Below are positions 1 through 10,466 of a stretch of 64,000 nucleotides of DNA, piece by piece; the stretch's first letter is position 1, and each line of letters begins with the position of its first letter. The notes under the pieces were generated by a model, which did not search any database, had not been told where the DNA came from, and worked only from the letters and a program-made list of their open reading frames with translations. This stretch comes from Promethearchaeota archaeon (GTDB taxonomy: Archaea; Asgardarchaeota; Lokiarchaeia; Sigyniarchaeales; SOKP01): the NCBI GenBank assembly GCA_029838195.1, contig JALGVJ010000012.1:32001-96000 (forward strand), written 5' to 3'. Made by a program: the position numbers and the translations under genes.

Positions 1-517
1 CCTTTTCTATTTTTGAATAAGGTATGTTATGAAAAATGATTGCATGGTAAATCTCATCAATATCATGGGAAGATAGAGAGATGTTGTATTGTTTTTCTAT
101 TAACGTAATATTATTTTTGAACCATCTTGCCGCTCTCTTTCCATGATTAATATCCATCAAATCAGATCTTCGTCTTAAATCATGAATAGAGGAGGCAACC
201 AGGGCATTTTTAAAACACGTTTCAAAACGTTTTTTTTTAAGCGTGAGAAGAACAAAAGAATTAATCATCACTCTGATCACGTGTCTTAATCCGTGAATGG
301 TATCTTTCTTCTTTAAGATTAAAAACCAATCGATTTGAGGGATATAGTTCTCGATTTCATGTAAATGATCTTCAATCTTCAATTTTAAATTTAATTCGAG
401 AAGTGGTTCAGCATTAAAGGCAGGTTCATTCTCTCTTATCCAATTTAAAGTTACCGCATCCATGTATTGATTTCGCGGTAATTTTCCCATCTTGATAAGT
501 TCTATTAAGGGGACCAT
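1..517 (-). CDS. HD-domain metal-dependent phosphohydrolase (runs off window start)
   Basis: Manual translation from ATG at 517 is open to base 1: MVPLIELIKMGK...IHGLRHVIRV...SSIHDLRR...NHGKRAA...IIFHN. This is the HG..H / HD / HG / H pattern of HD proteins. Not in the ORF track. Confidence 0.8.
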   Translation of the reverse strand, partial: MVPLIELIKMGKLPRNQYMDAVTLNWIRENEPAFNAEPLLELNLKLKIEDHLHEIENYIPQIDWFLILKKKDTIHGLRHVIRVMINSFVLLTLKKKRFETCFKNALVASSIHDLRRRSDLMDINHGKRAARWFKNNITLIEKQYNISLSSHDIDEIYHAIIFHNIPYSKIEK

Positions 518-675
518 TTTTAATTAGAAAGATACGAATTTAACAAATTAAATTCAATTTATTTAATGTTACTCGCGATGATCAAATAAAAGATTCACGT
601 TCTTAATATTTAAGGTCATCTAATGATATGAATCTTCTTATAATTTTCTTTATTTTATAATCTTGTCATTTATTT

Positions 676-2103
676 TTATTTCTTTCTTGATTTTAATTTA
701 CTAAGAAATCGCATTACTTCAACCGGTTTATTGATATTTATTAAGTCCTTTAAGGTTTTTTTCTCTGCATCTAACAAGTTCAATGGGAATGTTTCAATAA
801 GTTTACGGACTTGAGTCAAGCCTAGATATTTTCTGGTATATTCTGCGTTAGAATATTTATAAGTCGTTAAAAATTCACTATCCGTTTTTTCTCGAAAATA
901 TTCTAACATGAAATTAAAATAGTTTTTTAAAAGTACTTGATCTTCATGAACTAAAGTTGGGGTTAAAAATAATTGAATGGGACAAGTTCTATACGTGGCT
1001 TTTGAAACGTAAATTCCATCCACATTAAAATCTTTTTTAATGAGATACAATCCCACCCGCCCCTCAAGGGACCCGGTATCGACGGTTCGCACATAAAGAA
1101 TATTTTTTTGGACTTTATTTCTCAAAAATTCATTTGCTTTAAGAGTCCTCTTTTCATAATTGTTTGAAACATACGCATTCGTGTCTATTACCAAGATTTC
1201 TTGATTACCCTTATTTTGCTCTACTTCTTCTTTTAATAAATAATATTTAACCTGTATGGGTTGGAATGTTTTAAATTTTTTTGTGAACTCATCAAATTCT
1301 GTTCCACCCCGATAATGATTTTCTGGTTTCAAATGATATACTCGTTCATTAACAATTCCTTTCTTCTTAATTTTCATTCCCTTAAATATTTGGGGCTCAT
1401 TTTTTAAGATTTTCTTTCGAGTAAAAAAACCAATGCAAATATTCGTTCCGGTGAATTCAAAAATAGGAGTTTCAAAAATATACATTTTTTTTATGAAATA
1501 ATATTTCAGGAAATCTTTTCTAAATTTGTTAGAAACTGTAGCGCCAAAGAGAAAATTAGAAGGAATGATATAGATCATATTTTGAATGCCATTCTTTAAA
1601 TCTCTCATCATTGCAATCTGATACAAATCTTGATAACCTTTATTTTCCCTTTGGAAATATTTTAAATATGGGGCCGTCTTTGGATGCTTTTTAATATATC
1701 CTAAATATAAATAAGGGGGATTTGTCACGTGAAATAAAGGATATTTAGATGTTTTCAAATGATCGGGAAAAGAATTTAAATTATCTCTTTTGAAAATATT
1801 CCTATTAATTAAATCTAAAGGGATATTAAGCAATTGAGCCTTTTTCTTACATACTTGTACCATTGAATCTTGGATATCTGATAAAAAAACATGCTCTTGA
1901 AAAAAATCAATTCTTTCAGTGGAAGGTATGGCTTCTAAAATGGGAAAAATTAAATTACCTTCCCCGCAATAAAGGTCCATCCAAGCATGAGCATAAAGGA
2001 GATCTTTTATTTCAGGAAAAATGCATGCTTTAAATATTTCTTTGGGCGTAAAATGAATACCATAAGTTCTTCGTTTTAATTTTCTCTTTTTTCCCTCAAT
2101 CAT
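676..2103 (-). CDS. Orphan N6-adenine (amino) DNA methyltransferase
   Basis: YGIHFTP (motif X), DLYCGEG (motif I) and TNPPY (motif IV) in gamma-class order. No adjacent endonuclease. Confidence 0.85.
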   Translation of the reverse strand: MIEGKKRKLKRRTYGIHFTPKEIFKACIFPEIKDLLYAHAWMDLYCGEGNLIFPILEAIPSTERIDFFQEHVFLSDIQDSMVQVCKKKAQLLNIPLDLINRNIFKRDNLNSFPDHLKTSKYPLFHVTNPPYLYLGYIKKHPKTAPYLKYFQRENKGYQDLYQIAMMRDLKNGIQNMIYIIPSNFLFGATVSNKFRKDFLKYYFIKKMYIFETPIFEFTGTNICIGFFTRKKILKNEPQIFKGMKIKKKGIVNERVYHLKPENHYRGGTEFDEFTKKFKTFQPIQVKYYLLKEEVEQNKGNQEILVIDTNAYVSNNYEKRTLKANEFLRNKVQKNILYVRTVDTGSLEGRVGLYLIKKDFNVDGIYVSKATYRTCPIQLFLTPTLVHEDQVLLKNYFNFMLEYFREKTDSEFLTTYKYSNAEYTRKYLGLTQVRKLIETFPLNLLDAEKKTLKDLININKPVEVMRFLSKLKSRKK

Positions 2104-2462
2104 CTTTATTTTATATAGATTTTAATAATTCTTTCATTTCTTAATAAGAAATCCGCTTACTATGGGTTCCACGATATAATTTCTTCTTGAACGATTTCTT
2201 GAGATGTAATTTTTCAAAACATGGAAAGGATATTTAAATATAAATTCGTGAGTTTAGTTCTCTTTAGATCATTTATTATTTTAGAGATTATTATAAATAA
2301 AGGTTTATAATAAAATCAGAGGAGATAATAATAAAAAAATCCTTTCATATGGATGATCATTTTAAATTCCTCCTATTTTAAACACTATTATCAATCAGGA
2401 TTTTTTAATGCCCGGTGGGAAAAAATTACGCAAATTTAAGAGTGAAAGAGTTAAAAAAAAAA

Positions 2463-3086
2463 TTATTCCGAAGTAATTTTTAATAACATTTCTGCTACAG
2501 CGTTATTATATGTTTCCACATCTTCAAAACCTTCTACAGTTTCCCCGCATGTGATGAAAACATCCTCCACGGTAATCTTTTTATTTTTAAAGAACTCCAC
2601 GATTTGTTTTTTTACCTCCTCAATCTTTTTTTGTTTTGCCGAAGCATCCCCATCAACCAAATCAAATTTGTTTATACACACGTTTATTTTATCCGGGAAA
2701 AATCGAACATCATTAAAAAATTCAAACTGTTGTTTTAAATCACGATCCATAGCAAATACCGCAATAATTTGAGTTGCAATTCGAGAAATCGTAATGATAC
2801 CCATGCGAACTACCGCCCGTGAAGCATCTCCTCCTGGGCCAAAAATCGTGTGCGTCTTACCCGTATCATCCTCCCGAAATACCACGCGGTTAGGATGAAT
2901 CGTTTTAGTTTCCTTTTCTCCGCCGGTTGGAATAGTTGCTTCTCCAGAAAAGTCCGTTTTCACTACCGTACATTTTTTACCTCCTTTAACGTTCTCTATT
3001 TGCCCTTTATTCAGATATCTTACAAATAAACGCAGGATGGATGTTTTTCCCACGCTCACATCACCTAACAAGCCAACATTGACCAT
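2463..3086 (-). CDS. Small GTPase, MglA-like (atypical G3)
   Basis: G1 GDVSVGKT, G4 NKFD, G5-like TCG. The G3 region reads FGPGGD, without the DxxG Asp. Confidence 0.85.
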   Translation of the reverse strand: MVNVGLLGDVSVGKTSILRLFVRYLNKGQIENVKGGKKCTVVKTDFSGEATIPTGGEKETKTIHPNRVVFREDDTGKTHTIFGPGGDASRAVVRMGIITISRIATQIIAVFAMDRDLKQQFEFFNDVRFFPDKINVCINKFDLVDGDASAKQKKIEEVKKQIVEFFKNKKITVEDVFITCGETVEGFEDVETYNNAVAEMLLKITSE

Positions 3087-3087
3087 T

Positions 3088-3909
3088 TTAAAATCCCTCC
3101 GCTTTTAATAATTCATTTAAAAGTCGTTCATAATCTTCGATGAGGAATTGTTCCAAGTAGGCATTATTATGGCTATGGATTAAAGCGATAAGCACTTCTT
3201 TGATATTTTTTGCTTTTTTCACGTACTTAATGAGATTTTCAGGAGAGGGTTCACCTGAGAAATCTCTAGGTTTCTGTTCAAAACCAAACTCTTTCCGTGT
3301 GGGAAGAGAATTAAAAAATCCGAAGGCTGTATATCCTTGATATTGGAAAAAAGTAAAAAAACGCGTTTTAATGGATTTAATCACGGAGGAGAGATATACT
3401 GAGGGATATATTTCTCCTAGGATCAAATCCTCATCTTGTTCTATTATAAAATAAGGAGAAATAGGGGAAACTCGGTTTCCATACATTTCCTTGGGAGGGA
3501 GTGAAACGAATGGTAATTTATCCGATACAATCGCCCATAGATCCTCTCTTTTTTTCTCTAAAAGGAGCTCCTTTATTTCATCATAAGCATAATAGAAATC
3601 TGATTGCAAGGATAAAAGAGAGCTTAAATAAACAGAGAGCGAGGCAAAGGTAGCTTCTAAAAGGGGTCTTCGTCCACCGTCATCTTCAGAGGGCTTTACC
3701 GCACCTTTCCATGCACGTAATGCGGAATATGCGAAACCTTTCACATCAAAAAAGCCTCCCGTGAGGAAAATATAAGAAGGGGCGCTTTTTTCTTCCGTGG
3801 ATAGTAATTGCGTGGCTTTTTCCGTCAGCGCATCCTCAAGTTCCTTATGATTGAATTTGGAATGCACTTTAGGTATTTGTAGCCAAGACTTTTCTTTTTT
3901 CTTTCCCAT
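3088..3909 (-). CDS. Hypothetical protein, possibly divergent roadblock/longin-like partner of the GTPase
   Basis: 273-aa ORF ending 1 bp before the GTPase start. Apparent helix / FFDVKG strand / helix / beta-hairpin pattern. Confidence 0.6.
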   Translation of the reverse strand: MGKKKEKSWLQIPKVHSKFNHKELEDALTEKATQLLSTEEKSAPSYIFLTGGFFDVKGFAYSALRAWKGAVKPSEDDGGRRPLLEATFASLSVYLSSLLSLQSDFYYAYDEIKELLLEKKREDLWAIVSDKLPFVSLPPKEMYGNRVSPISPYFIIEQDEDLILGEIYPSVYLSSVIKSIKTRFFTFFQYQGYTAFGFFNSLPTRKEFGFEQKPRDFSGEPSPENLIKYVKKAKNIKEVLIALIHSHNNAYLEQFLIEDYERLLNELLKAEGF

Positions 3910-4084
3910 CCTTTCTTTCGCCTTATATCATGGATTTTATTTCATTATGTCAAGAATACACGTTCATTTTAATTTTGATATATAGTATTGCATAAATAAC
4001 TTTTTCGTCAATGTGGATAGTAAGGTAGGTTAGATTAATTTTAACACGTGTTTAATCTAATAATTATATTACAAATATAAAATT

Positions 4085-4711
4085 TTATGGCTCTTCTTGA
4101 AAAAATTCGCTTATTTTTGAAGTAATCATATCAAATTCCCCAATGGTATTCAAATTCTGAATAGTGATACGGTCTATAATATCAGTATTCTTGTAGAAGT
4201 GATATGTTAACTCCATTGCGGGATTTTTCTCTTTTATTGGGACAAGGGCGCCTTTTACAAAAATCTCCAAAAATTTTTCGGACGTTTCTTTTATGGCCCT
4301 CAATTCGGGGTCTTGAAATTTAATTTCAACGGTATTAAAATCCTTAAAATTTAAGATGCATAGAAGCTCTCTTTTCTCATCATTTGAGAAGATTTTTCTT
4401 TTAATAAAGGTATCCTTGAGGAGTTCTTTAGGCAATGGTTCTCGAAAATATGTTTCTTCGATTTCCTTTAGTTCTTCTTCTCTTAGTCCTTCTTTTAACT
4501 CTTGGAATAAAATTTGATCTGCGCTTTGAAAGGATTTATTAGAGACAATTTTATTCAATTCTATGATGATTTCTCGGAATTGTTCGATTTCATTCTTGAG
4601 CTGTTCTAATTCCTCCTTTTTTTTGATATAAAGTTGATTAAGGTGACTCAAGATGGCAGAGAGTTTCTCAATTTCTTTAGAATCCTTTTTTTGTTCCATT
4701 AACATAAACAC
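4085..4711 (-). CDS. Hypothetical protein with N-terminal coiled coil
   Basis: 208-aa ORF with E/K/L heptads in the first ~60 residues. Confidence 0.7.
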   Translation of the reverse strand: MFMLMEQKKDSKEIEKLSAILSHLNQLYIKKKEELEQLKNEIEQFREIIIELNKIVSNKSFQSADQILFQELKEGLREEELKEIEETYFREPLPKELLKDTFIKRKIFSNDEKRELLCILNFKDFNTVEIKFQDPELRAIKETSEKFLEIFVKGALVPIKEKNPAMELTYHFYKNTDIIDRITIQNLNTIGEFDMITSKISEFFQEEP

Positions 4712-4804
4712 TTTTGATGAAAAAAATGGTTTAATTTAAAATTAGTTACATCTATTTAAAAATTAGTGCTCTCTATTAAATAAATAAAATTGGTAATAAT
4801 ATTC

Positions 4805-5674
4805 ATGAAAAGTTTAATCATTACTCCAAATCCTTCTGATCCCGAAGTAGTGTTATTAAGCAAGGAATTCGAAAAAAAAGGATATCAAGTAGACTATTAT
4901 ATTCCTTCCAACATGAAAGTTAGCATACCTCATCGCGATTTTGAACGCCTCTTCAATTGCGTGGAGCCGAAAGGCGCTTTGGTGAGGGGATTTGGAGCTT
5001 GTCCCTCGCAAAAAATATTTTTCCGTTTAGATCTTCTAAATGCTCTAGAACTTAATGGATTTAAACTCATAAATTCCCGTGAATCTTTAGAGATTGCAAG
5101 TGATAAATTCTTATCTTCCGTTTATTTTGAAAAATATAACATTCCCACGCCTAAAACAGTCATCTGCGAAGACCCTCAAGATGCCTTGAATTCCTTTGAT
5201 AATTTAGGAGGTGATGTCATTCTAAAACCTTTATTCGGATCTAAAGGAATTGGCATTACCAGACTACAAGATAAAGCATTTGCAGAAAATGTAATATTTA
5301 CTTTAAGCCATTTGAACGAAGTGTTTTATCTACAAGAATTCGTCCCTCATTATCATAGAGACATTCGAGTATTGGTTTTAGGAGATGAGGCGATTGCCGC
5401 CATGTATAGAATTAGCGATAGCTGGAAAACTAATGTTCACGCAGGAGCCAAAGTTGAACCATTAGAATTAAATGAGGAGTTAAAAAAATTGGCTATAAAA
5501 GTAGCAAAAATAACCAAAACGGAAATCGCAGGCGTAGATATCATGGAAAGTGAGCGGGGATATTTAGTAATCGAAGTAAATTCAATTCCAGGATTTATTG
5601 GCCTTCAAAAGGTGACAAATCTTAATTTAGCGGAATGCATTGTAGATTACTTCTTAGAAAATATAAAATCCTGA
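4805..5674 (+). CDS. RimK-family ATP-grasp glutamate ligase (MptN/CofF-like)
   Basis: SDKF, KPLFGSKGIG, QEFV, DIRVLV, WKTN, GVDI and EVNSIPG motifs. ATG at 4805 preferred to the TTG at 4790. Confidence 0.88.
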   Translation: MKSLIITPNPSDPEVVLLSKEFEKKGYQVDYYIPSNMKVSIPHRDFERLFNCVEPKGALVRGFGACPSQKIFFRLDLLNALELNGFKLINSRESLEIASDKFLSSVYFEKYNIPTPKTVICEDPQDALNSFDNLGGDVILKPLFGSKGIGITRLQDKAFAENVIFTLSHLNEVFYLQEFVPHYHRDIRVLVLGDEAIAAMYRISDSWKTNVHAGAKVEPLELNEELKKLAIKVAKITKTEIAGVDIMESERGYLVIEVNSIPGFIGLQKVTNLNLAECIVDYFLENIKS

Positions 5675-5755
5675 AAATTTCCCGAGATAAAATAAAAAGG
5701 AAAGGAGAGAATAATAATATAAAAAATAAAAAAAAAGATGTAATTTTTAAAGAAA

Positions 5756-7486
5756 TTATAATAACGAGACCGTTGTTGTCTCCAAAATGATGATTACCGT
5801 GGCAATAATGGTGCCTACCGTGATGTTTCTCGTTTTCTCATAGCAATAGACCGAGACATAACTTCCCAATAAAGTTGTTGGAATCACCACCGGCATGAAC
5901 ACGCCAAAAGTGAACAAGCTGCCTTGTAAATAGCTTAAGAAGAGCAGAAAAACGATCATGTAGATGATTTGCATAAGAAAGATGAGAAGACCCGCCTTAA
6001 AAGTTCCTTTCTCCACGTCTTTATATTTCGCTTGGAAGATGACATTTGCAAATATATTAAACGCCAGGAGAATCAAGAATTCAATGACGAGATACATGGG
6101 AACGTATATATATTTTGTCACAGAAGGCGCCAACCCGAAATAATTCAATCCAATGGAAACGTATACGATTATATAGACAAGAACGGCCAATATGCCTCCT
6201 AAAAGAAGCTCCATGAGAAAATCGTTTTCATGCTTGAAAGGTTTTAAAAGAATCGCTTTCATGGACATATCTGCGTTCTTGCCGATTCGCCAGATTAAGA
6301 ACAAAATGCCAAACGATTGCCCGAATAATAACATTATGACCTGTCCCATGGTGGTCAACGGAAGGACGAATGTGAGGGGCAAGAAAAGGAAAATTCCTAC
6401 CAGCCCAAGCACGAGAATGAATAAAATTGCCTTCAAGAACAAGCCCATTATGGAGATGTCAGGGGTTTCGATCCGGAATATCTCTCCCCTTTTTCCCGCT
6501 TCAGCGCCCTCCTTTTTTCTTAATGCTAGAATATAATCCGATAAAGGTTGTAAAATGGTGAAAAATATACCCATTCCGCCGATCATTTGAATGAGCAAGA
6601 TAACCCCCCGAATGTTCACGTAAAAATTCTCATCCGGTGCACGCACGGAAGGAAACGTGTTAATCACCCAATCACGAGCCACCCGAATGAAATCTTGATC
6701 CCAACATAACAGCAAATGATTCGAGTTGTCATCCACGTAAATCATGGACGCCGTGCCTGCTTGAAACGATCCGTATAGCTTGTTGATGTCAATTTCCGCC
6801 GCAGACATCCCCAACCGCAACGCCATACCTTCCTTCAAACGATCAACCGTGACTGCCTCATCAAATTTTCCCATTATCATCAATACATTTAACTTGCGAC
6901 CGGAATTTACCGTTACTGCATATTCTGGATTATAAGAAGGCGAGGGCAAGCCCGTGCCAATCCCAATGAAGCACTTGAAACGCGTGTCCTCATGTATTAT
7001 TTGCCACCCCGGATAACCTCCCATGCTATAACCAATATAACCCATATTATTCAAATCTACATCATCCCTCGTTTTTAAGTACTCAAGAATCGCTTTCACG
7101 TCAAGTATCAATTTATCCCGCTCAAGCATGCCCGTGCTCTGACCATGGCCCCTAAAATCGAAAGGTATTGCAATGAAACCCGCTACTGCCAACTCTATCG
7201 CATATCCCTTCAGCATCTCCTTGTTGGCCCGATGTCCGTGCCCAATTAGAATAACTTTCTTCTTGTCATCCCCATTCTTCGCTTGATAGAGCTCTTCATC
7301 CGGCTCAAACACGTTAAAATAGATCGTCACGCCATCGTCCGTCTGAATCGTTTGCAAATAAGTTATTTTGATGGAAGTCGGCACCGTGAAGATCAACACC
7401 GTACCACAAATAAATAACGCCAAAAAGATGACGAAAAATGCCACTTTTTTACTTATCATGGATTTACTCATTTTATTACAACTCAC
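5756..7486 (-). CDS. Alpha/beta hydrolase with C-terminal multi-pass membrane domain
   Basis: HG oxyanion motif, DFRGHGQS and GYSMGG nucleophile elbow. One N-terminal TM and about 8 C-terminal TMs. Confidence 0.85.
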   Translation of the reverse strand: MSCNKMSKSMISKKVAFFVIFLALFICGTVLIFTVPTSIKITYLQTIQTDDGVTIYFNVFEPDEELYQAKNGDDKKKVILIGHGHRANKEMLKGYAIELAVAGFIAIPFDFRGHGQSTGMLERDKLILDVKAILEYLKTRDDVDLNNMGYIGYSMGGYPGWQIIHEDTRFKCFIGIGTGLPSPSYNPEYAVTVNSGRKLNVLMIMGKFDEAVTVDRLKEGMALRLGMSAAEIDINKLYGSFQAGTASMIYVDDNSNHLLLCWDQDFIRVARDWVINTFPSVRAPDENFYVNIRGVILLIQMIGGMGIFFTILQPLSDYILALRKKEGAEAGKRGEIFRIETPDISIMGLFLKAILFILVLGLVGIFLFLPLTFVLPLTTMGQVIMLLFGQSFGILFLIWRIGKNADMSMKAILLKPFKHENDFLMELLLGGILAVLVYIIVYVSIGLNYFGLAPSVTKYIYVPMYLVIEFLILLAFNIFANVIFQAKYKDVEKGTFKAGLLIFLMQIIYMIVFLLFLSYLQGSLFTFGVFMPVVIPTTLLGSYVSVYCYEKTRNITVGTIIATVIIILETTTVSLL

Positions 7487-8358
7487 GCTTTCTTGAATTT
7501 CTAAATTTAAAGTTAATTAATTTAAATTTCATCATGAGTCTTTATAAAAGTTATTTATCGACCAATACGATCATTGGATCTTGTCATGCATGTTTTTGCC
7601 GTATAAATTAATTTTCACGCCTCATTTTTCAGTAGAGGTTCTCTTCCTAATCGTGATTATATAATGAGGGTTTTTCGCTCGGATAATTTTGACTTTAAAA
7701 ATTCTAAATTATAAGAGTTCCATTTCAATCAAGAAAAATAGCGATAAAAAATTAATAGGAAAACATAGCACGATTATTCTCTTTCTCAAGCTCATTTCTT
7801 TTCCCCACTATTGTTTAAAGTTTCTTTTTTTTCTTTAATTAAAATTCACGAGAGAACCTTGATTTAAAAATTCATCCTCGTTTTTTTAGGGATCTCTCAA
7901 AGAATATTATCATCAACTTTCATTTTAATTTTAGTTGGTTTTTTTCAGAAGTTTGGTTTCAGAGGGAGGGAGCAAGAATTCTAAATTAAACTTTCATTTC
8001 TTGCTTTTTGATATACATTATCTTGCCGCTCTTGCTAACATGTTCGTCAAAAATCTAAAACAAAAGTCAAACCTAACTATATCGCTAACTTAAAAAGAGA
8101 AATCCAAACTCACCCGAATCAAAATGAATTCATAATATTCACTTTCATGATTTTTAAAAAAAAATAAGGGAAAAAATAAAAAAAACAGCCGGCCCTCCTA
8201 AATCGTTCCAAAATTATTATTCAAAAAGAGGAAAATTTAAACCAATTACTACAAGTAGGAAAAAAAAATAAGAGTTAAGAAATTTTATTCGAAACTTACA
8301 TTACTCCTAACACGTGACTTTTTAAAGGTTTTTGAATAGTACTTTTTGCCTCGAGAAT

Positions 8359-8790
8359 TTATAATTCCTCGGCATAATCCTCAAAAGCTTCCATCGCTAA
8401 CTCTAAAATCTCCTGAAATGCCATAGCATCCTGTAAATTGCCCTCTACCGTGATATCTCCTGCCATGTAAGCGGAGGTGGCATCTACCTCTCCCGCTAAC
8501 ATTCCTGCTCCAACCTCTAACGTGCACGTGAAGGTGAAGGACGGATTATCAATATCTCCCTCTCCATAATCAAGTTTCCCTTCACTTGCTTTAAGCCAAT
8601 ACTTCTTATCGATGTCGGTAATAACTTGTTGGACTGTAATGTCCATGTCCTCTAATTCTTCCTTCAAATCTTCATTCTCTGCGGCTACTGCTTTAATAAA
8701 TTCATACATCGTTAAGACGTCATCCGCCGTAGCGGCACTGGCGCCCTTATCAATTATAGCCTTAACTTTCTTGACTAATTCCATATCCAT
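8359..8790 (-). CDS. SCP2 sterol/lipid-binding domain protein
   Basis: GEVDATSAYMAGDITVEGNLQDAMAF matches the SCP2 C-terminal signature. Confidence 0.88.
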   Translation of the reverse strand: MDMELVKKVKAIIDKGASAATADDVLTMYEFIKAVAAENEDLKEELEDMDITVQQVITDIDKKYWLKASEGKLDYGEGDIDNPSFTFTCTLEVGAGMLAGEVDATSAYMAGDITVEGNLQDAMAFQEILELAMEAFEDYAEEL

Positions 8791-9025
8791 TGTTTTGATT
8801 CACAACCTTTTGTTATTATTTGACTATATTTGAAATTAAATATAGCAATTAACAAATAATGCTTGCAAGTATATAAATGTTGAAGGCATATTAAAACCTT
8901 TCCGCATGGAGAAGGCATCGAACATGAAGAGAAGGAGGAAAATTATATTCTTCTTTTTACTAAAATTAATTTAAGACTTTAAGTTTTGGGGTACAATTGA
9001 GAGAGGATTGTGCCATAGAGAAGAT

Positions 9026-10327
9026 TCAAGGGCGTGTATTGATTAATTTATAGATTTTATCATTTTTTTTGACGAGGGAGACGACGAGCATGCCGACGGT
9101 AATGGGGTTAGAGATGGGGACGGTAATGGGGTTAGAGATGGGGACGGTAATGGGGTTAGAGATGGGAGTGATGTGCGGGGTTTCGGTAAGATTTTTCTTT
9201 TGCTTTATTTGAAGTGAGGTAATTTTTTGTTTAAGGAAGGTGTGGGAGCCTGCTCCAACAATTTAGATGGTGTCGTTAATTTTGAGGTGGTGATTTTTGA
9301 GGAAGATTTTAACAGCTTTTTTTTTGGGGTAATAGGAAAGAACGGAGCCGATTTGGATTTTTTTAAAAGTGGAGTTATTTCCATCATAGAATTGTTCGAT
9401 TTCGCTCCCCTTGGGCATTTTGAAGTAGAAGCCCGTGGAGAAGCCGGGGTTATAGACTTGTTGGAGCCGGGCGAGCCAAGCTTTGACTTTTTCTTGAGAG
9501 AAAGAGTTTTCATGATAGGCATTGATGGCTTATCGGTAGCATTTAGTAGTTTCGTGGATGTAAATGGGATCTCGCATGCGTCCTTCGATTTTAAAGGCGT
9601 CAATGCGAGCTTCGATTAATTGAGGCAAGTATTCAATTATGTAGAGGTCTTTAGTATTTAGGAAGAAGGTTCCGTCATAAAGGAGTTCATTATTTTGTTC
9701 ATCGATAACTTTCCATTTTGTTCGGCATGGTTGGACGCATTTTTCCCCGTTGGTAGAATATTGACGGGAATTTCAGATTTGCGCGGAGAAATAGCAGCGC
9801 TCCGATGGAGGTGCATTGAGCGCTATGGACGAAGGTTTCAATTTCTACGATGTTTAAAACTTTTTTAATGGACTTAATTTGTTCGAGAGAAAGTTCACGG
9901 ACTAGGATCAATCGTTTTGCACCAAACTTTTCTTAGAATTTAGCGGAACACGTATTAGAAATGTTAGCTTGGGTAGAAATGTGGAAATTCCATCCCAATT
10001 CTTTGGCGAGTTCGATGGCACCAATATTATGAACGGTAATGGCATCAATTTCGGAAGCAGCAGTCTCTTGAAGGATCCGTTCCAAAACAGGGAACTCATT
10101 ATCGTAGATGACGATATTCATAGTAAGATATGCTTTAACTTCATGGTCATGGCAAGTTTTTGTGATTTTTAGCAAGTCATTGAGTTAAAATTATCGCTGA
10201 ACATGCGCATGTTGAAGAATTCGACGCCGAAATATATGACATCAGTCAGGGAGAGGAGGGTGTTGGGGGATTTAAAATTCTTCAAGAGAGCCATTAATTC
10301 TACTTTTTTATCGATATTAGACACCAT
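9026..10327 (-). pseudogene. Degraded U32-family peptidase/hydroxylase pseudogene
   Basis: Successive fragments KVELMALLKNF..IYFGVEFFNMR, KAYLTMNIVIY..FHISTQANISN, ILVRELSLEQI..IETFVHSAQC and C-terminal VKKNDKIYKL. They are broken by frameshifts and stops. Confidence 0.85.
9095..9166. repeat. Perfect 24-bp tandem repeat x3 (GACGGTAATGGGGTTAGAGATGGG)
   Basis: Units at 9095, 9119 and 9143 with no spacers. Reads PISNPITV x3 in the U32 C-terminal frame. Confidence 0.95.
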
Positions 10328-10466
10328 GATGAGATGCTTTAAAGCAGGCGTGTATAATTGGGGAATTCCATTCCATAATTGAGATTAAAAAAAATCGAGT
10401 TCAATCAAAAAATGATAAAGATAAAAAGAAATTAAAAAATAATTGGATTTGGATCCTCCCCCTATT

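Noticed and set aside
7487-8358. Long intergenic region as ncRNA or mobile element
   Set aside because: AT-rich, with no stable stem, terminal repeats or recognisable ORF visible by eye.
9095-9166. 24-bp repeats as a CRISPR array
   Set aside because: The units are contiguous with no spacers, lie inside a pseudogene, and no cas genes are present.
9205-10175. Several short ORFs as independent genes
   Set aside because: They are fragments, off-frame readings or antisense shadows of the U32 pseudogene.
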